Below are positions 33,701-46,980 of a stretch of DNA of 64,000 nt, in pieces. The DNA is from Botryllus schlosseri. Its lineage: Eukaryota. The first letter of the stretch is position 1; each line of letters starts with the position of its first letter. The stretch is from the NCBI GenBank assembly GCA_051294905.1, contig CM119386.1:3782001-3846000 (forward strand), given 5' to 3'. The notes below the pieces were generated by a model, which saw nothing but the letters and a program-made list of their open reading frames with translations, was not told the origin of the DNA and ran no database searches. The translations under genes were made by a program, and so were the position numbers.

Positions 33701-36700
33701 TTTTCAACTGCGATCGTGTTTCGGCGAATCGAATCTGAAACGTTCATGAAAGAGCTCGGACCTCAAGACAGCACATAGCCAACAAGATGAAAAAAAATCA
33801 ATTCACAGACAGACAATCAGCTCGCACGGATTTGATGTGTGAGGTTTTGCGTAAACACTGGTATCCATAGAAAAGAGAGTAGAAAAAGTCAGATTAACAT
33901 TTCTGGAAATTGTTTGCCATCAGTATTTCATACTTATATTTGACTCTTCTGTAGCAGACAAGCCAATTTGGATAAGCCTAGCACAGTCGAAGAAAACTAG
34001 ACGTAATCAAGATGAGAAATTTTCGACGGCGTTGATATCGCGAAGAGTTGAAAACCTAGGCGAGACTAATTTTTTATCATTGCACGGGAATTTGAGAAAC
34101 ATGCGTGCCGCGCAGCATTCGGCGTTAGCATGAAACACATCTCATTATAATAGCAACCTATATATTTTTGATATGACAAGAGAAATTTGAATTACACGGC
34201 CAATGTGTTATCCTTATCACCAAGTCTTTGATCGGAAAAAACAGCGTAGAAAAGAAGCAGAGAATCAACCGAAAAGCTTTGTGCAAAAACCCAAAACAAA
34301 CATACAGCAATATTGACCTGCTCTTGATAACAGCTCCAAGTCTAACGTGCACCAGATTTATACCGCCGCAGATTAAATTTTGAATACATGAAGCCGCAGC
34401 CATGATCTCTAAGTTAGCAATAATTCAAGCGGCAATGAAATGCCGAAATATTGCTAAATTGACAGAACCCGCAGTAATTTGAGCAGATGCCAAATCAGAA
34501 CTAAACAACAGGAGCAATGGATAGGTGCGCAACCACTATACCACCGACCTGGCGTATTAGCGTGAGCAATTCCGTTTTCCGTCCACCCCAACGAGGAATT
34601 CGACGTCAATTGAGACAGAGCCTGCTGTATCGCAGGAGAGTGCGGATCCGGTAGAAGCTTGAGAATTTCCGACAGTGACGATTGGTCCACGCCTTTCACG
34701 TTCGCAATCTGAGAACAAAAATCGATTTGCGACATGCACTCGTAGCGATGAGCGGTGGTTCATAATCATCCCCGAAATCGGGTCTCGAGGGTCATTCGAT
34801 TCATTTTTCGGAAACGGAATTCCCACAAATCAATGAGCTCGATGGATCTAACGATTTCCGATTGACATGCATCGTCGAGCTGTTAGATACGGCACACAAA
34901 AAATCATGTTCGTATTTTACTGATCATAACAATCAACCTCTGCTGAAAATTTGCCGAAGCCCCCGTCACATGATAAAAAGGCAAACCGCAAAAGTCAAAC
35001 ACGGTAAGCTACTTCGCAGATCCACGGAATCAATGATTTTAATTTTGCGCCATACCTTAATTAAATCGGATCGATCCGCAGACTTGATAGAATATCGAGT
35101 CTTGAGCACGTGACATTGGGAACACTTTACCAACAGATGTTTCAAGCGTACTTATACCTCACTAGTTTACTCAAAATAAACGATATACTAATACTGTAAT
35201 TTTCCATGTATAATGCGCAAAATTTTACCGATTTTTCGCCCTAAAATAGGAGGGTGCGTATTATACATCCCTCAATCAAAAACTTGAAATCACACCTTTC
35301 TTCATGTTTGTTTAAATCGCGCATCACCTCTAGCCATTGGGCATCGTAATTCGTATTATAGAGTGTAACGCGCTGCCAAATAGAGAAGCGTGTTGCCAAT
35401 TAACGAAAAGCGTGTTTCTAATTAACGAGTGTCGTCTGCAAAGCACGCGATCTCTTGCAGAGTTGGTTTGCCGTTTGTACGCCAGCGAAATTAGGTCGCT
35501 GATTGCTAATTGCTACAAGTGTGCGCGGCAATCCTTGTTGATTCATCGTGTCAACGACAGGCCTTAACAACCGCATGTGCGCAAGATATAATCGCTTGCG
35601 TAATCAGTCGCATCTCCAACAGGACTGGTGCGCCCAACATAACCGTTGGACTGAGCAATCACATCGGTACTTGTAATAGGCCACGTGCGCAAGATGTCGT
35701 GTGTCGCTAGCCTGAGCTATCGCGTCGCCGACCTCACAGGCTTTGGCTACTATCTACTCTAGTTCAGAGACAATGCCGTTAATTGTATTATGATTAGTGA
35801 TCATCATGTCATGATTGTTCGACAATGACATCGCAAAACAGAACAACATCGAATACTAAACCGCAACTATTCATGTACTCATGTACTCATGTACTGCGAA
35901 TGCAGGGTGCGTACTATACATGGGTGCAGGCTTTTTCCCAGAATATACACGTCATTTTAAGGGTGCGTATTATACATGGGGGCGCACTATATTTGGAAAA
36001 TTACAGTATATCATAATTATACATGCCGGCCCACAGAAGTATATGTGACATAATGGAAAGGATTTAAACCCGTGCTCAAGTATCGTATTGCTATCATGCC
36101 TCCAAACATTACGATATAATCAGCGATTCACTGGCCAAATTTATTCATTATAGGCAACATTGTCACGAAAGGTTTACAGGCTCAATCACATCCTGGTATT
36201 AAAAAAAAACGCAAACAAAGTCATTGGGTTTGATGTCCGAACCCGTTGACTTGCGAAGTCGCTGGAAATTAATCGCGTCAGTCTGCAATTAGCAGGCTAT
36301 AAACAAGTACCTCAAATTTTCCGGATGTCACTTCTTGCTGAAAATATGAAAAAGCACCAGATTTTTTTTTTCGTGTAAAAAATCTGTCAAACACCAGTTC
36401 AGTAATATAGCATTCCCACTTAACTTGAATGAGCTCAACGAAGAAAGTTACCCATTGCAGAGACTACACTGCGGCATACAATAGTTCCCATGCCAAGAGA
36501 CTAGAAATTTTGAGACGATGTGCAATCGCCCATGAAGCATTATTGCATGGGCTTTGTCATTCCGACTACAAGGACAGCCTTAGGAGCATGCAACAGCGAT
36601 ATGACACTCAGCCTTAATCTATTCATTCTAAAATACTAATGTTCCAAGGATTTATCGTTTTGCTATGCCAGTGTTATGTGTAGCGTGTAGCACAGATATA

Positions 36701-39700
36701 ACCAGAACATATAAAAAGCACTGCTTCAATTCAGATGTAGCACTGGTTCCCTAAACATGCGATGGGCTACAGTTCAGTAAGCCTATCGCTACTACGGGGC
36801 ACAGCGACACACACAAGCATACCTGCAGCTCTTGAAGGAAGTGAATCAACTCGGCCAGTTGATAGACGGTAAGAAAGATGGAGCTGTCGATGAAATTATG
36901 TTTCGACAACGAGGAATTGAGAGCTTCGTCGAAAGGCACGGCGTCAAGCACTTTATCCACCAACGAGCTGACGCAACCCTGCAAAATTGCAGCACGCTGT
37001 ATGTATGTCCATTGTCTATTCAACATAATTTGACCATATTCGAACGGGCAGATTTCTTTGCTCGGATAGTGGATTCAATAGTTTACATGGAGTTCAATGT
37101 TCCTTAAAAAAACAGGTACAGTAATTCATGTTTTCAGTCAGTAACACCAAGTCTACTTTTAATGCTCAATTTCTGTCCAAAATCATGTTAGATGACACTC
37201 CTTCGGCCTCCGGAGACATGTCAAGTTAATTAATTTTAAACGTTATCGCCATTAAGTCAGCTATGATCATATCGTCACTGGAAAACCAAACAGTGTTATG
37301 CCTATTTTTGGAAATTTTGACTTTGACCATATAATTTGGACAAAACCAGTTCTATTTCCATTTCAACTTGAAAATTCAAGTTCATATGTAGGCTACACTT
37401 CACTAGAAATTCATGCTACTTAGGAACTTGGAACCTGGTGTCTAAATAGTGATAGAAAAAGCAGTCAAAATTTCCAAAAATGGAGATAAAACAGCTTGGT
37501 TTTCCAGCGACGATATGAGAAGAATTTAGAAAATTACCTTTCACCACTTCTGAGTTGGAAAACCGGACGTCAGAACAGGCACAATTGTACACACCACCAC
37601 TAGCTTTGCACACGACAGCACACGTCTCATAAAGTACATAGGGACGGGGAGTTCCTATGTCTTTTAACATCAGTGTGCCATTTTGGCTTCTCCTCAATCA
37701 CCGACGTCCAACAACATGGGAAGAACGCTTCTTACAAATTCATTCATCAACTGCGATCAACCACAGCAAGCGAGTCGCCACTAAGCTATCCGAGGCACTG
37801 ACGGCAGATTAATTATGCATTAATGAATCCAAAATTCCCGCTACCCCTACCTACATTAGTTTTATAAGTGGAAAAAATCACGAAGAGTGAGTAGTTGCAT
37901 GCGTATAACGTTTACCTTCTCGAAACGGCTGTAAAACAACGCGTCGCGGTGCGCCTCGCCGCCTTCCAGCGCCAGAATTTGCAGAGTCTGCAGAGATTTT
38001 TGGGGAGACAACTTTTACCGCGTTACAAAATCTCATCACAAACACACAAGACCCGACCTGGGCAATCTGCATCAGATTGAAGCGGGAGAATTCGCTGACA
38101 GGCACGTCGCCGGTGATCCCGTACAGTTCGGGAGTGACGATGGCCGTGCTTATGAACATTTGTATCATGAGATCCGCGCATACCGCCCTCGCATCTTTTT
38201 CAGACACGGAACCTGAAAGAATGCAAATTGTCAGGGTCACAAAGCAGGACCGGTCAAAACAATTCAAGTACTCCAATTCGAATAAAGTACTAATTGCAAT
38301 GATGAGAGTAGAGAGAGACGACAAGTTGTGCCAAAAATCCAGTTTTGATACTTTCTTGCGACCTTGGAAGGCTTGAAATATCAAGTGGTGGAATCACGGT
38401 ATCCGAAACATGTGACAAAATGCTACGTGCATTATTTTATACGATGTTACTTTAATTCGCGATCTACCTGGGGCATTGTATCGAAATGCATTGAATTTGG
38501 CGCGGTCAAAAATACCAATATATCTTTAATGTGGTAGGCTATGTGACTGGCATTACATTTTTGTGGTCTTGAAAATGATACATATGGTATTAGAACTTTT
38601 CAAATCATCCGTACTATTTTGATGTCAATATACAATTGAACTTGTCCGTGGTAGCCTAATCGTCAGCAGCTAGTAGAGATTGGAAAAGAACATCGCATAT
38701 CAACAATCGTATCACAAAATTTGACGTCGCCATCACCAGGATGAAATTTCGAATACTAGAGCGTTCGATGTACTATTTTTAGATGGTACACGAACTCTCT
38801 CTGTTGACACAGCCGTGGCTGGTGGATTTTGATAAAAGTCGACTCCGAGGTACACAAATGAAAGTGTGAACGCGAACGGCCCCTTCCAACGACACGAAAT
38901 CAGTCGTCTCGATAAATAAGTTTTCGCACAAGCGGGATTATCCGACAGATGTTTGCCAACGGCAGAATTTATGGCCTTCGATTGCTGAGCATCAAGCTGG
39001 AATTCATGAGTGATACTCAGAAATGCGAATCGGCGTATAAGTCGACCAAGGTGACTACGGACAATCTTGTCATTTTCACAGGTTAACGATGTCAGAAAGG
39101 CTGAATGTTAGCCCAGGTGAGATACCTTGCATTAAGTATGTATACGACGAATACATGTGATTAGTTAGACAATCAAGTGAATTAATGCTGCTGCTGTGTA
39201 AAGGCAATCTGATGATAGTATGTAAATAGTTGGTTCACTGTGTAGAATTTGAAGATGGCTGCCCTCAAAACATCCATTGCGTGAATTCATATGTTAAAAC
39301 TTGAAGACTTTTCGGTCGTAGATACAGGCACAACAAGCCCACGGACACATACCCGAGTCCTTGATTATGTGGTACGTCCGCGAGATCAGCCAGCCCAGAG
39401 ACTTGGGAAAGCAGAACATCGCCGCCTGCAGACTCTCCACAAACACTTTACAAATTTCAAAAAATCGATCCTCTGTCCATTTGATATGCTTGTCGACACG
39501 GGCCTGCCAATGAATGGAAAGTTTCAAATTCAGTCTTGGATAATGCAAAGCCAAACAGTAGCTTTGGTTCGACTTTATTTTAGTGCTGTAACCATTAGGC
39601 TGATTATTCTGCTCCAATGCTTTGAGCGACTATTACATATCGTAAGAGAACATATAATCAAGAAAAACACTGTCGAAAATCCATCCGGGGAATTATACAC

Positions 39701-42700
39701 TTACACAGGATAAGTATTGCTCAGATCCATCATCGGCTATCTGATTGCAACACTGTTGCTAGATGCCTTGTTGGTACTTGAATCAAACCTCAATTCATGA
39801 CGCACTCATGCATTCACATATTGATCAGTAAACTCGGCAGGAATTTTACACAATGCCTCCTATTTGGACGATTTCACGCTACCTCGGTATGCTAAGTTTA
39901 CTAACGCCTGGAGCAGATTGGTAAACAGCTGTGTGAGTCAAATATACCGGTAGTAGAAACTAGAAAGTATCGGAAACTTTCCAAGCTGGGTTGTTCCATA
40001 TTGCCTATGATTGTATTCGCAAAGTCTTAAAAGATAATTCGAATATGTAATGCTTTCGACATAACTTTGTGTATGTTCAATGCAGCACCACACATAACTC
40101 TTCCTTCAAATGGAATCACAATCATCACTTTAGCAATACCTGAAAGTCTGGATCGTCTCGTTTTCCAAACTTTCTCTCAATGTCAACGAGACTGAAGCAA
40201 TCCAATATCCTTCTGGCGTCCCGTTCCAGATACAACTCATCTTCCATAAGTACCTGATGAAATTCACGGCCAATTTTAAACGGGTTCGCTTGTTTGCTGA
40301 TATGTGATACTAATCAACTTGGGCTGTATTTCAAAAGAGATTTCATTGTGAGTCAATGTGTTACGAAAGAGTTAGCATCAGTTAGCTAAACTCACATTAA
40401 CCCTTACGAGGTGGGCGTATCATATTTGATATGGCATGTCTCCGACACCGATTTCTCCATGTTGACACGCCCTTAACATCGGGTACTACGTTTTTTGAAA
40501 AGTTGAGACTTTTCCGATGTATTAAGTACCTTACTCAAAAATTTTGGTTTGTAAAAATAAACAAAAAATAAAAAATAAAATAAAATACGGTTATCACCTA
40601 AAACTTCCGGATATTTTCCGAGTGGGAAATATTGTCGGAAAATCTGCCAGAACATCAGAAGTCGACATGTACGGTTTTCTATGTAAATTTTCACCGTTTC
40701 AAACATCAAAACGTTTTCTGGAGAGTTTTCTGAGGGAGATTTGTAAATGTTGGTCACGCTTCAATGATTTTCAAGATCTAGGTCAAGTTCAAGTGCAAAT
40801 TCAGAGTCATAAACAGGTTTACTATGCCTGCAAATGGTTGGATATGACAAAAGAAAGCATATCGCGTTGTTTTATGCCATAAACCGGACTGCAGGGGCCG
40901 ATTGAGTCTTGATCATGAACTTGACCTTGATGACCACTCACTGACCACGCCCATTTGTAAATTTTATATGTATTTTCCATTTTTCGATATCTGACGAACC
41001 GCGCGGTTTACAACCATGGTTGACGGCTTGTTTGAAACCAGGCAACAGTGGCTACGCACTGAAGCATCACATTCCTCTCTCTGACGCCATCCTGAGGGTC
41101 AGCCTTGAAAATTGAGAGAGAGAGAGAGTTTTTTGGGGGAAAAGCTTGTTTATTTAAACTTATTAAAAAACCTCAGACATGTCATGGGGTGTCGATCAAG
41201 GGTGGAATCGGTAGAGGGCTATACTCCGCCCACTTTTAAACTGGAAAGGCCCAGATTCAAGACCTGGTGGGGTCACGGTGAGAATTTGAAAAGGGAAGGT
41301 CAATTCTGCGAAATATGGCCCCACCTCGTAAGGGTTAAAGACACCATCACAAACATTTGCTGATCAGCAATACCATTATCAACGCATTACACTCAATCCG
41401 AAAGGTATGATGCATTTTATTGATCGGTACAGGCATATGTAGTGTGATGTTGGTCGCGGTAAACCATGATGCATTCATTAAATATTTAGGACCTGATTGC
41501 ATACAGCAGCAGGCTGGATGTGTCTGTCACCTTAATTATTATTGGGAAAGAATATCAATAAAATCATTGAAAGTCACAAGGAGAAGATCTCAATTCGTAA
41601 AGGAAGTCGTAGCAATACTAGTGGATTCATTTGTGATATCACAGTTATCTATTATATCATATTAATATTACAGACATGAAAATAAAAGAATAGTTCTGTC
41701 AACTTCTCCAATAGAAATCAGACAGGAATTTATGATAGAGTCAAAACCAATACTCCGTGCAACACTTGAAATACGGTTGGCAGGTAAGCCTTATTAAAAT
41801 CTTGAAGTGGATTGCTGACGTCCGCACACAGTCCAAGGAAAACCCTGCCTAGAGATTCGTATGTTTGCAACAGGAAATCAACGTGACTAAATGGTCTGCC
41901 TTGTTTGAAGGTGAAATCACATCAGCTGTAAATCATATTAAAACGGTACATAATCCACCGGTCTTGATAAAAACAGGTTTAAAAAATTTATGACGTTTTT
42001 ATCTCACAAGTAAATCTCGAGTGAACTCAAGTTACCTTACTCCAGACTCCAGTGGCACGAAGTCAGGGTGTAACACATAGTGATCAAGTCCAAATTATTG
42101 ACATAGCATGAAGTCACCTCATTCCGAAATCCTAAACCTTGGACATGACTTGAGCCATCGTATTACAATGAATGTGTAAAACTATCCAGCAATGCTATAA
42201 ATCGTAACTGATAAACTTCAAAAAAATATCTAGAACCACAAACTCCTAATTTATTGTACATACTTGCATGATTGGCTCTTGCAGCGCAGTGGTTAGAAAC
42301 AGCCGTCCCGCTATCGTCGATTCCGAAAAAAGTCTGCAGCAAAAAACATCCATGAAGTACAGTTCTGGGGGGACTAAAAACCGAGCTTTCACGGGTGAAG
42401 AACTTAAATATGGCAACGGACAATATCCTCATATTACCCAATATGTTTGACTAATACAATATGTTGCATAACAAATTTAAACACATCCTTGTTCAAAAGA
42501 ATGAGAGTTGACCTTGCAAACGTCTTTTACGACTCTGAAATCAGCACTATGCCAAAAGGAGACAATTTGAAAAATTAAAAAATTATAACTACGGCTTGTA
42601 GGCAAGATCTACCAATACCATTTTCTAGCTTTGAGATACACTGTCATCTCATTGTTAGCTAATGGTAGCTAATGGAAATGAATACCAGAATATTAACTGT

Positions 42701-45617
42701 AGATCTGAGGATTGGGAAAATGCCCCCATTAAAACTGAATTACCATAATTATTTATACAAAATAATCCAGGCAAAATCTCGCGCTGCATCGTATTCAAAG
42801 TCAATAGATGAGTAAATATCACAGCATTTGTAGTCTATCCCAGAACTAATGTCTTATTCTGGCACATAACTAAAGCGGGCTATAAAGCTTAGACAGAGTA
42901 GGCCTATAGTTTATTATTTGTGGTCAACAAATTTGAACATGTATTGAAATGTATATGCAGTAGTACTTATCTCATGCCACTCAGTCAAAGTGTAGTTTAG
43001 TTTAGATTGGATGGAAAAAACAGGGTCTACAGCACGAATACATGATTGATAAATTGATTCCAGATGTCTTAGTTATAAGGACTTTCTCATGGGAATCGAT
43101 GAAAATCCCTGGTTCGCAATCTCTTCAAGATCAATAGTTCTGAGAGATTAGCTTGATCCCACATGTTACGAGATTGCTTTCAGGACAAAAAAATTCCCTG
43201 GCGCACATGGCACACTGTCTAGAACCCACTCACTTGTAAGCAATACAAAACTGCGAGTTTCCCTTCCTGATAACCCTCCTTGGTTCTTCCTCCGCAGATA
43301 GTTGCAACAATATCAGTGTTTCCATCAGCTGTAATGGGATGAAGAACATACTATTCACCCTGCTTTGATCAAAGGATCTGCATAATCATGTGTAACTGCC
43401 ATGATCATCATAGTGTAACAGACAACATTGTGTATTTTCACGCCCATATTCGGATAGGAATATGACTTCCTATCGCAATGATCTCGAGTCTTTATAAGCT
43501 CATGTTTAGTCGACTCGAGACGAGATTCATGTAAACCTACTTGCAAACGTTTGAATAAACTGTGTATGGACAAATATATTGTAAGAAGAACTATCATGAC
43601 AGCAAACCAGGACAGTCTCTCAGTTAAGTACCAGACAGCTTACAACCTAATATTGGACAGCTACTTTCTGAGTTATATACTTCACAGAGACATATTCTGT
43701 AAATTGTTATAGCGTGAACAGACGGGTCCATATTCAGACCTATGTGGAACTCGCTTGTTATCTAAAATTTGAAGCTTGTTTTAATTAAGCACCTGTTCAT
43801 CAAGCTGCTCCTGACCAACACTCATCTATACACTATAGGAATGCAAGGAATGACCACAGACACAACAACACAAATAATAAAGAAAACATACAGCCAACAT
43901 ATCTTCAAATAATCATGAGAATGCTGACAATGACAAGTCATTCCAATTGGCCAACTATCATTAATCTGATGAAATTCTTTTTGCATAGCGTACAGTACTG
44001 ATAGGTTTCGTATTTTGTTAGCCATTCATTTTGTATGATAGGCACTTTGGAAACAATACATGGTCAAAATCGGATTACTAGTACAAGGAGTAGTCAATAG
44101 CAAGATAATTATTACTATGTCAATGTCGAAAGGCTACGTTAGTGGGTTTGCTATGCCAACTTCATTGTATTAGCCACTACAGTACTCAGTAGGACTACTT
44201 CCGTCTTTCATTGAGACATTGGCAGAGTCTACTACTTGGTAGAATGTATTTGGTGCATCTACGCTGTCAACCGAAACATCAAAGAAAATCTTTGGTGATT
44301 GCTCTCTATATTATATACGCCAACTAGTAGAAAGCAAGCTATTATTCACCATGCACAGACGAAGAACATTACATCATAGTATTTCACTGGTTTCATGTAG
44401 ACATGTGATAAGATTACATCGTCACTATTAAACATAAAACATAGCACTGTATAATGCAGGTAATAAAGCTCACCTCCAGTAGCTGCGAGTACGATCCCGA
44501 TAACACACTGTTTCCGTATATCCCAGTAACCACCGAATGCATAACGTGGGGGGAGGCTCCCAGTGACATTTTCTCCCCATACGCCAGGCATGCCGCGGCC
44601 AGAGTAGGATTGTTACGAAAGGCTTGGAGGAAGTTGGCATACATCGATTCTTGATATCCCAACTCTTTGTAGCCATCCACAAATTTCGTAGATCCAAGCG
44701 TATTCAACCGTTGAGAACATGATGCAGGCGCTCCTGTAAAATGCCAAAATACAGTGTTTTCAAGTAGGAATTTAGGAATGAAATCAAGCTTGATATGTAC
44801 TTTACTAAATGAAACTTTTATAACATATTTATTGAAACAGTTATTCAATTTATGATCAATGATATACGTAACAAAGCTGGTTGGCAACAATGCTTGTTTC
44901 CTCAACTGAGAAAGCCTGCTCAGGTGGATTACCTATACTTGTGTTACAGTAGTCAAGTTGTATGTTTTGGGGTCATTTGTACAGCAATGCTTTTATATCT
45001 TTTCACCTTTGTCAAGAAAGCACATGAAGGATTGAACCGTGCCACACAACTGTGCGAAAAACATCTTCCAACTAAAAAATTGTATTGAATCACCATCTCT
45101 TTGTAGCACTATTTACTAGTCGGTTTAGCAATGCTTGATTAGTCATGGAGTTATATTTCACAATTCAAAAAGCTGTGAAAAACAATTCTTGGATGCTCTG
45201 TACCAGCCTATGACTTCCAATAGTAGCATGTAGCCTACTTTAGACTAGACCAATGCGTAGTGCGCAAAGTTCCTATCATTGTTATGAATAGTGAATCCTA
45301 GAATTTCGAATATGTGTGCATGCCAATTTTGGCACGCACCCAAAGTATTGATATATCTCACCATGGTTTGTGATGAAACGGTTCAAGTTGAGATGGTGCT
45401 GTCTTGTGGTCCAGAACAAGTGCGACAATTCCTCGGAATGAATTCGGATTTGCTTGTTCAACTCATGAATGGCTTCCTAAAGAGCAGAAGCAATATTTGC
45501 CAAAATCTACCTACCACACCAAGATGAACATATCGAATTGCTGTTACATACCAATTCAGATCTCACAAACAATCTTTCAAGTTGCAGCTTACATCCAAGC
45601 TCCTTTAGTGTTGGCAT
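15715..45617 (-). CDS. GAPVD1: GTPase-activating protein and VPS9 domain-containing protein 1 (Gapex-5/RME-6), 1654 aa, 30 coding exons
   Basis: Phase-consistent GT-AG exons, 5' to 3': 45552-45617, 45362-45476, 44474-44733, 43234-43328, 42264-42333, 40140-40253, 39353-39503, 38058-38212, 37916-37987, 36823-36978, 34549-34708, 33636-33734, 33473-33571, 32845-32963, 32110-32221, 31023-31248, 29685-29945, 28839-28992, 28065-28185, 24465-25076, 23700-23893, 22721-22804, 21314-21486, 19844-20161, 18892-19036, 18315-18448, 17910-18082, 17624-17738, 16840-17110, 15715-15855 (4965 nt in total). Diagnostic motifs: FVDGYKELGYQESMY; FCFPKSLGW; YGITGDVPVSEFSRFNLMQ; SETWSTDV; WSVEVLPSDSE; the VPS9 motif AYKTPRDK...PGADDFTPVLVFVLIKANP; and the C-terminus GEDSYWWMQFTAATEFIKTIDERI*. 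Exons in the low-complexity centre rest mainly on splice phase. Confidence 0.93.
16108..16528. mobile_element. hAT MITE with (GGATT)n subterminal repeats in the last GAPVD1 intron
   Basis: TIRs CAGAGATGAGC / GCTCATCTCTG; perfect TSD CAGAGCAG (16100-16107, 16529-16536). Confidence 0.9.
20674..21174 (+). mobile_element. Fold-back repeat family copy (two long inverted arms, spacer, one-sided hairpin tail)
   Basis: Arms of about 150 bp built around CTACTAGTTGCTGACGATTACCCCTGACGAGTGTCAGCCGAAAATATTCGGGTTCATTTCAAT and its reverse complement; tail GAAGTTCTGTAGCTCCAAGATGCTCTTTTCAA on the right only. Confidence 0.8.
21845..22061 (-). mobile_element. LINE 3' UTR fragment with (ATG)n tail
   Basis: Nearly identical over 217 bp to 50730-50946; reverse complement of the LINE 3' UTR. 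Confidence 0.75.
22891..23339 (-). mobile_element. hAT-type MITE, CAGGGTTGTAA family (truncated)
   Basis: Reverse-oriented homologue of 30422-30926 and 62196-62748; ends TTACAACCCTG. Confidence 0.75.
23973..24345 (+). mobile_element. Fold-back repeat family copy
   Basis: Left arm ...GGCTGACACTCGTCAGGGG..., a different spacer, then the right arm and a degenerate tail. Confidence 0.7.
25572..26109. mobile_element. Near-perfect palindromic hAT MITE (~215-bp TIRs)
   Basis: Begins TAGGGCTGTTCAAAAATAAC and ends GTTATTTTTGAACAGCCCTA; perfect TSD ATGTTCAG (25564-25571, 26110-26117). The arms differ at only a few positions. Confidence 0.93.
26416..27771 (+). mobile_element. Internally deleted hAT transposon with a decayed transposase C-terminus
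   Basis: TIRs CAGACCGTGTTATTTTT / AAAAATAACACGGCCTG, TGCCAAAA subterminal repeats, perfect TSD CGCATGAC (26408-26415, 27772-27779). Frame +1 at about 26944-27423 reads LPRTLPSELV...IECVERQHRKLL...ISFHDAWKP...ALKTFCG*LATFFPSTVTVEADISQIRWARNEFRRNLTDLSL*ALLQCKRF, with several stops. Confidence 0.88.
28480..28714 (+). mobile_element. Fold-back repeat family copy (single arm and tail)
   Basis: Reverse-oriented spacer, arm, and tail TTGAAGTTCTGTACCTCAAAGAAGCTGTTCAA. Confidence 0.75.
30422..30926 (+). mobile_element. hAT-type MITE, CAGGGTTGTAA family
   Basis: Ends CAGGGTTGTAA / TTACAACCCCG, many GACTCGAGTC repeats, collinear with 62196-62748. No TSD retained. Confidence 0.78.
35194..36006. mobile_element. 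Tc1/mariner-superfamily (pogo/Tc2-like) non-autonomous element
   Basis: TA|CTGTAATTTTCCA ... TGGAAAATTACAG|TA: 13-bp TIR with a TA target duplication; GGGTGCGTATTATACAT motifs near both ends. Confidence 0.82.
38625..38875 (-). mobile_element. Fold-back repeat family copy (degenerate, reverse orientation)
   Basis: CAATATACAATTGAA (reverse tail), a partial arm, and a spacer homologous to 20830-20950. Confidence 0.6.
40401..41334. mobile_element. piggyBac-type non-autonomous element
   Basis: TTAA|CCCTTACGAGGTGGG ... CCCACCTCGTAAGGG|TTAA: perfect 15-bp TIR with TTAA on both sides. Confidence 0.9.
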
Positions 45618-46317
45618 GGTTGATCTTGATTATGTGTTCTGGCATACGAATGCAATTACCTTACATTGTCTAGCATCATCATAACTTTAAATTACATTGA
45701 CTGTAAACATAACTTGAGGATTGCAAACTCGGGCATCATACATTATTTAGTGAACACACTCATCGAGTCGCGACTATATAATCTATGCATTTCTTTTACT
45801 ACCACTAGAGACTTTCCAAAACTTAACAAAAATTGCAACAATCTAGCTGAACCAGACAAGTCATTAGAGTACAAATGCAATTGAGCAGTTCTGCTCGTTG
45901 GTAGCATACATTTAGGCCACGAGTTAGCCTTAGGGTATATAACTAGTGTAGAGGAATTTGATAGGCTACTGTCTACTAGTATCTTGATTCAAGATATGAT
46001 ACCAATATGCTATGAACAAAGATTATGTACTATAGAAGGGGTTGAAGCAAATGTCAGAACAAGGAAACGGATAGTCATGTGAAGCAGGACAATTCAAACC
46101 AATCTCCATAAATTTGCTACATAGGAAATGATGTTTCAGTGTATAGAAACAGTAGCTATATCACAATGAGAGACTCGGTGGAGCTAGTAAAAATCAAAAC
46201 ACCAGTTGAAGTAAAACGCAAATCTTCAATCTACCTCATGCTGCTAATGAAAATAATTGTGGCAAGTTATAGGCTATAGATATCTATTGACTGGGCCCTT
46301 GGCAATGAAATTATATT

Positions 46318-46508
46318 TGAATAGTATATTCATATTGAAAAGAGCCTGAATACTTTCGGCTGACACTCGTCAGGGGTAATCGTCAGCAACTAGCAGAGAA
46401 TTGGATTAGCCCTGACGAGTGTCAGCCGAAAATATTCGGGTTCATTTCAATTTGAATATACTATTCAACTGTATATTGAAGTTCTGTACCTCCAAGAAGT
46501 TCTTGAAA
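46318..46508 (+). mobile_element. Fold-back repeat family copy (internally deleted)
   Basis: Short left arm joined almost directly to the right arm and tail TTGAAGTTCTGTACCTCCAAGAAGTTCTTGAA. Confidence 0.78.
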
Positions 46509-46849
46509 TTATATTTAAAAACGATTTGGTCAAATTTGGTCAATGAGGTCAAATCATATTACAATGAATCAACATCATTGCAATTGTATTATGCTTTGAT
46601 AATATAGTGATTAAAAATTCGAAGTGTAGCACAAGAGCAATTGTTCAGCCAACTGCATTTAGGAATAGGACATAGTATATTTTTGCCCTTGATGTTTTTG
46701 CGGCATAGTCACCGACTCATGATATACATAGGCTACACAAGATCTGTGCATATATGCATACCATGAGTGCATGATGTGCATATGGTGCTGGACAAAGAAG
46801 ATGCAGATATCGTCTTGTAAGGCTTTCCAAGTCTTGAACCACCCCGGTA

Positions 46850-46980
46850 ACGCTGAGCGCAAAGCGGGGAAGTCATGGATACCAGTGTTACTAATCAGGT
46901 CTTTGGTCTGACCTGGCCGGTGATCAAACCCACTACCATACCGGCCAAGAAGCCAGACGCTCCACCATTACGCTATATGT
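46850..46980 (-). mobile_element. tRNA-derived SINE (possible MetaSINE-type core)
   Basis: The minus strand reads TAGCGTAATGGTGGAGCG (A-box-like) ... GGGTTTGATCACC (B-box-like), then GGTCAGACCAAAGAC...TGGTATCCATGACTTCCCCGCTTTGCGCTCAGCG, resembling a widespread metazoan SINE core as I remember it. Confidence 0.55.

Noticed and set aside
37736-37750. Possible 15-nt microexon (LMNEF) in GAPVD1 with AG/GTAAGA flanks
   Set aside because: The flanking exons already join as FEK|GCVSSL, aligning with remembered FDK|SCVAAF without an insertion; there is no positive evidence for it.
46900-46980. Functional tRNA gene
   Set aside because: The B-box is degenerate, I can see no clean cloverleaf or oligo-T terminator, and it runs into a SINE-like body.
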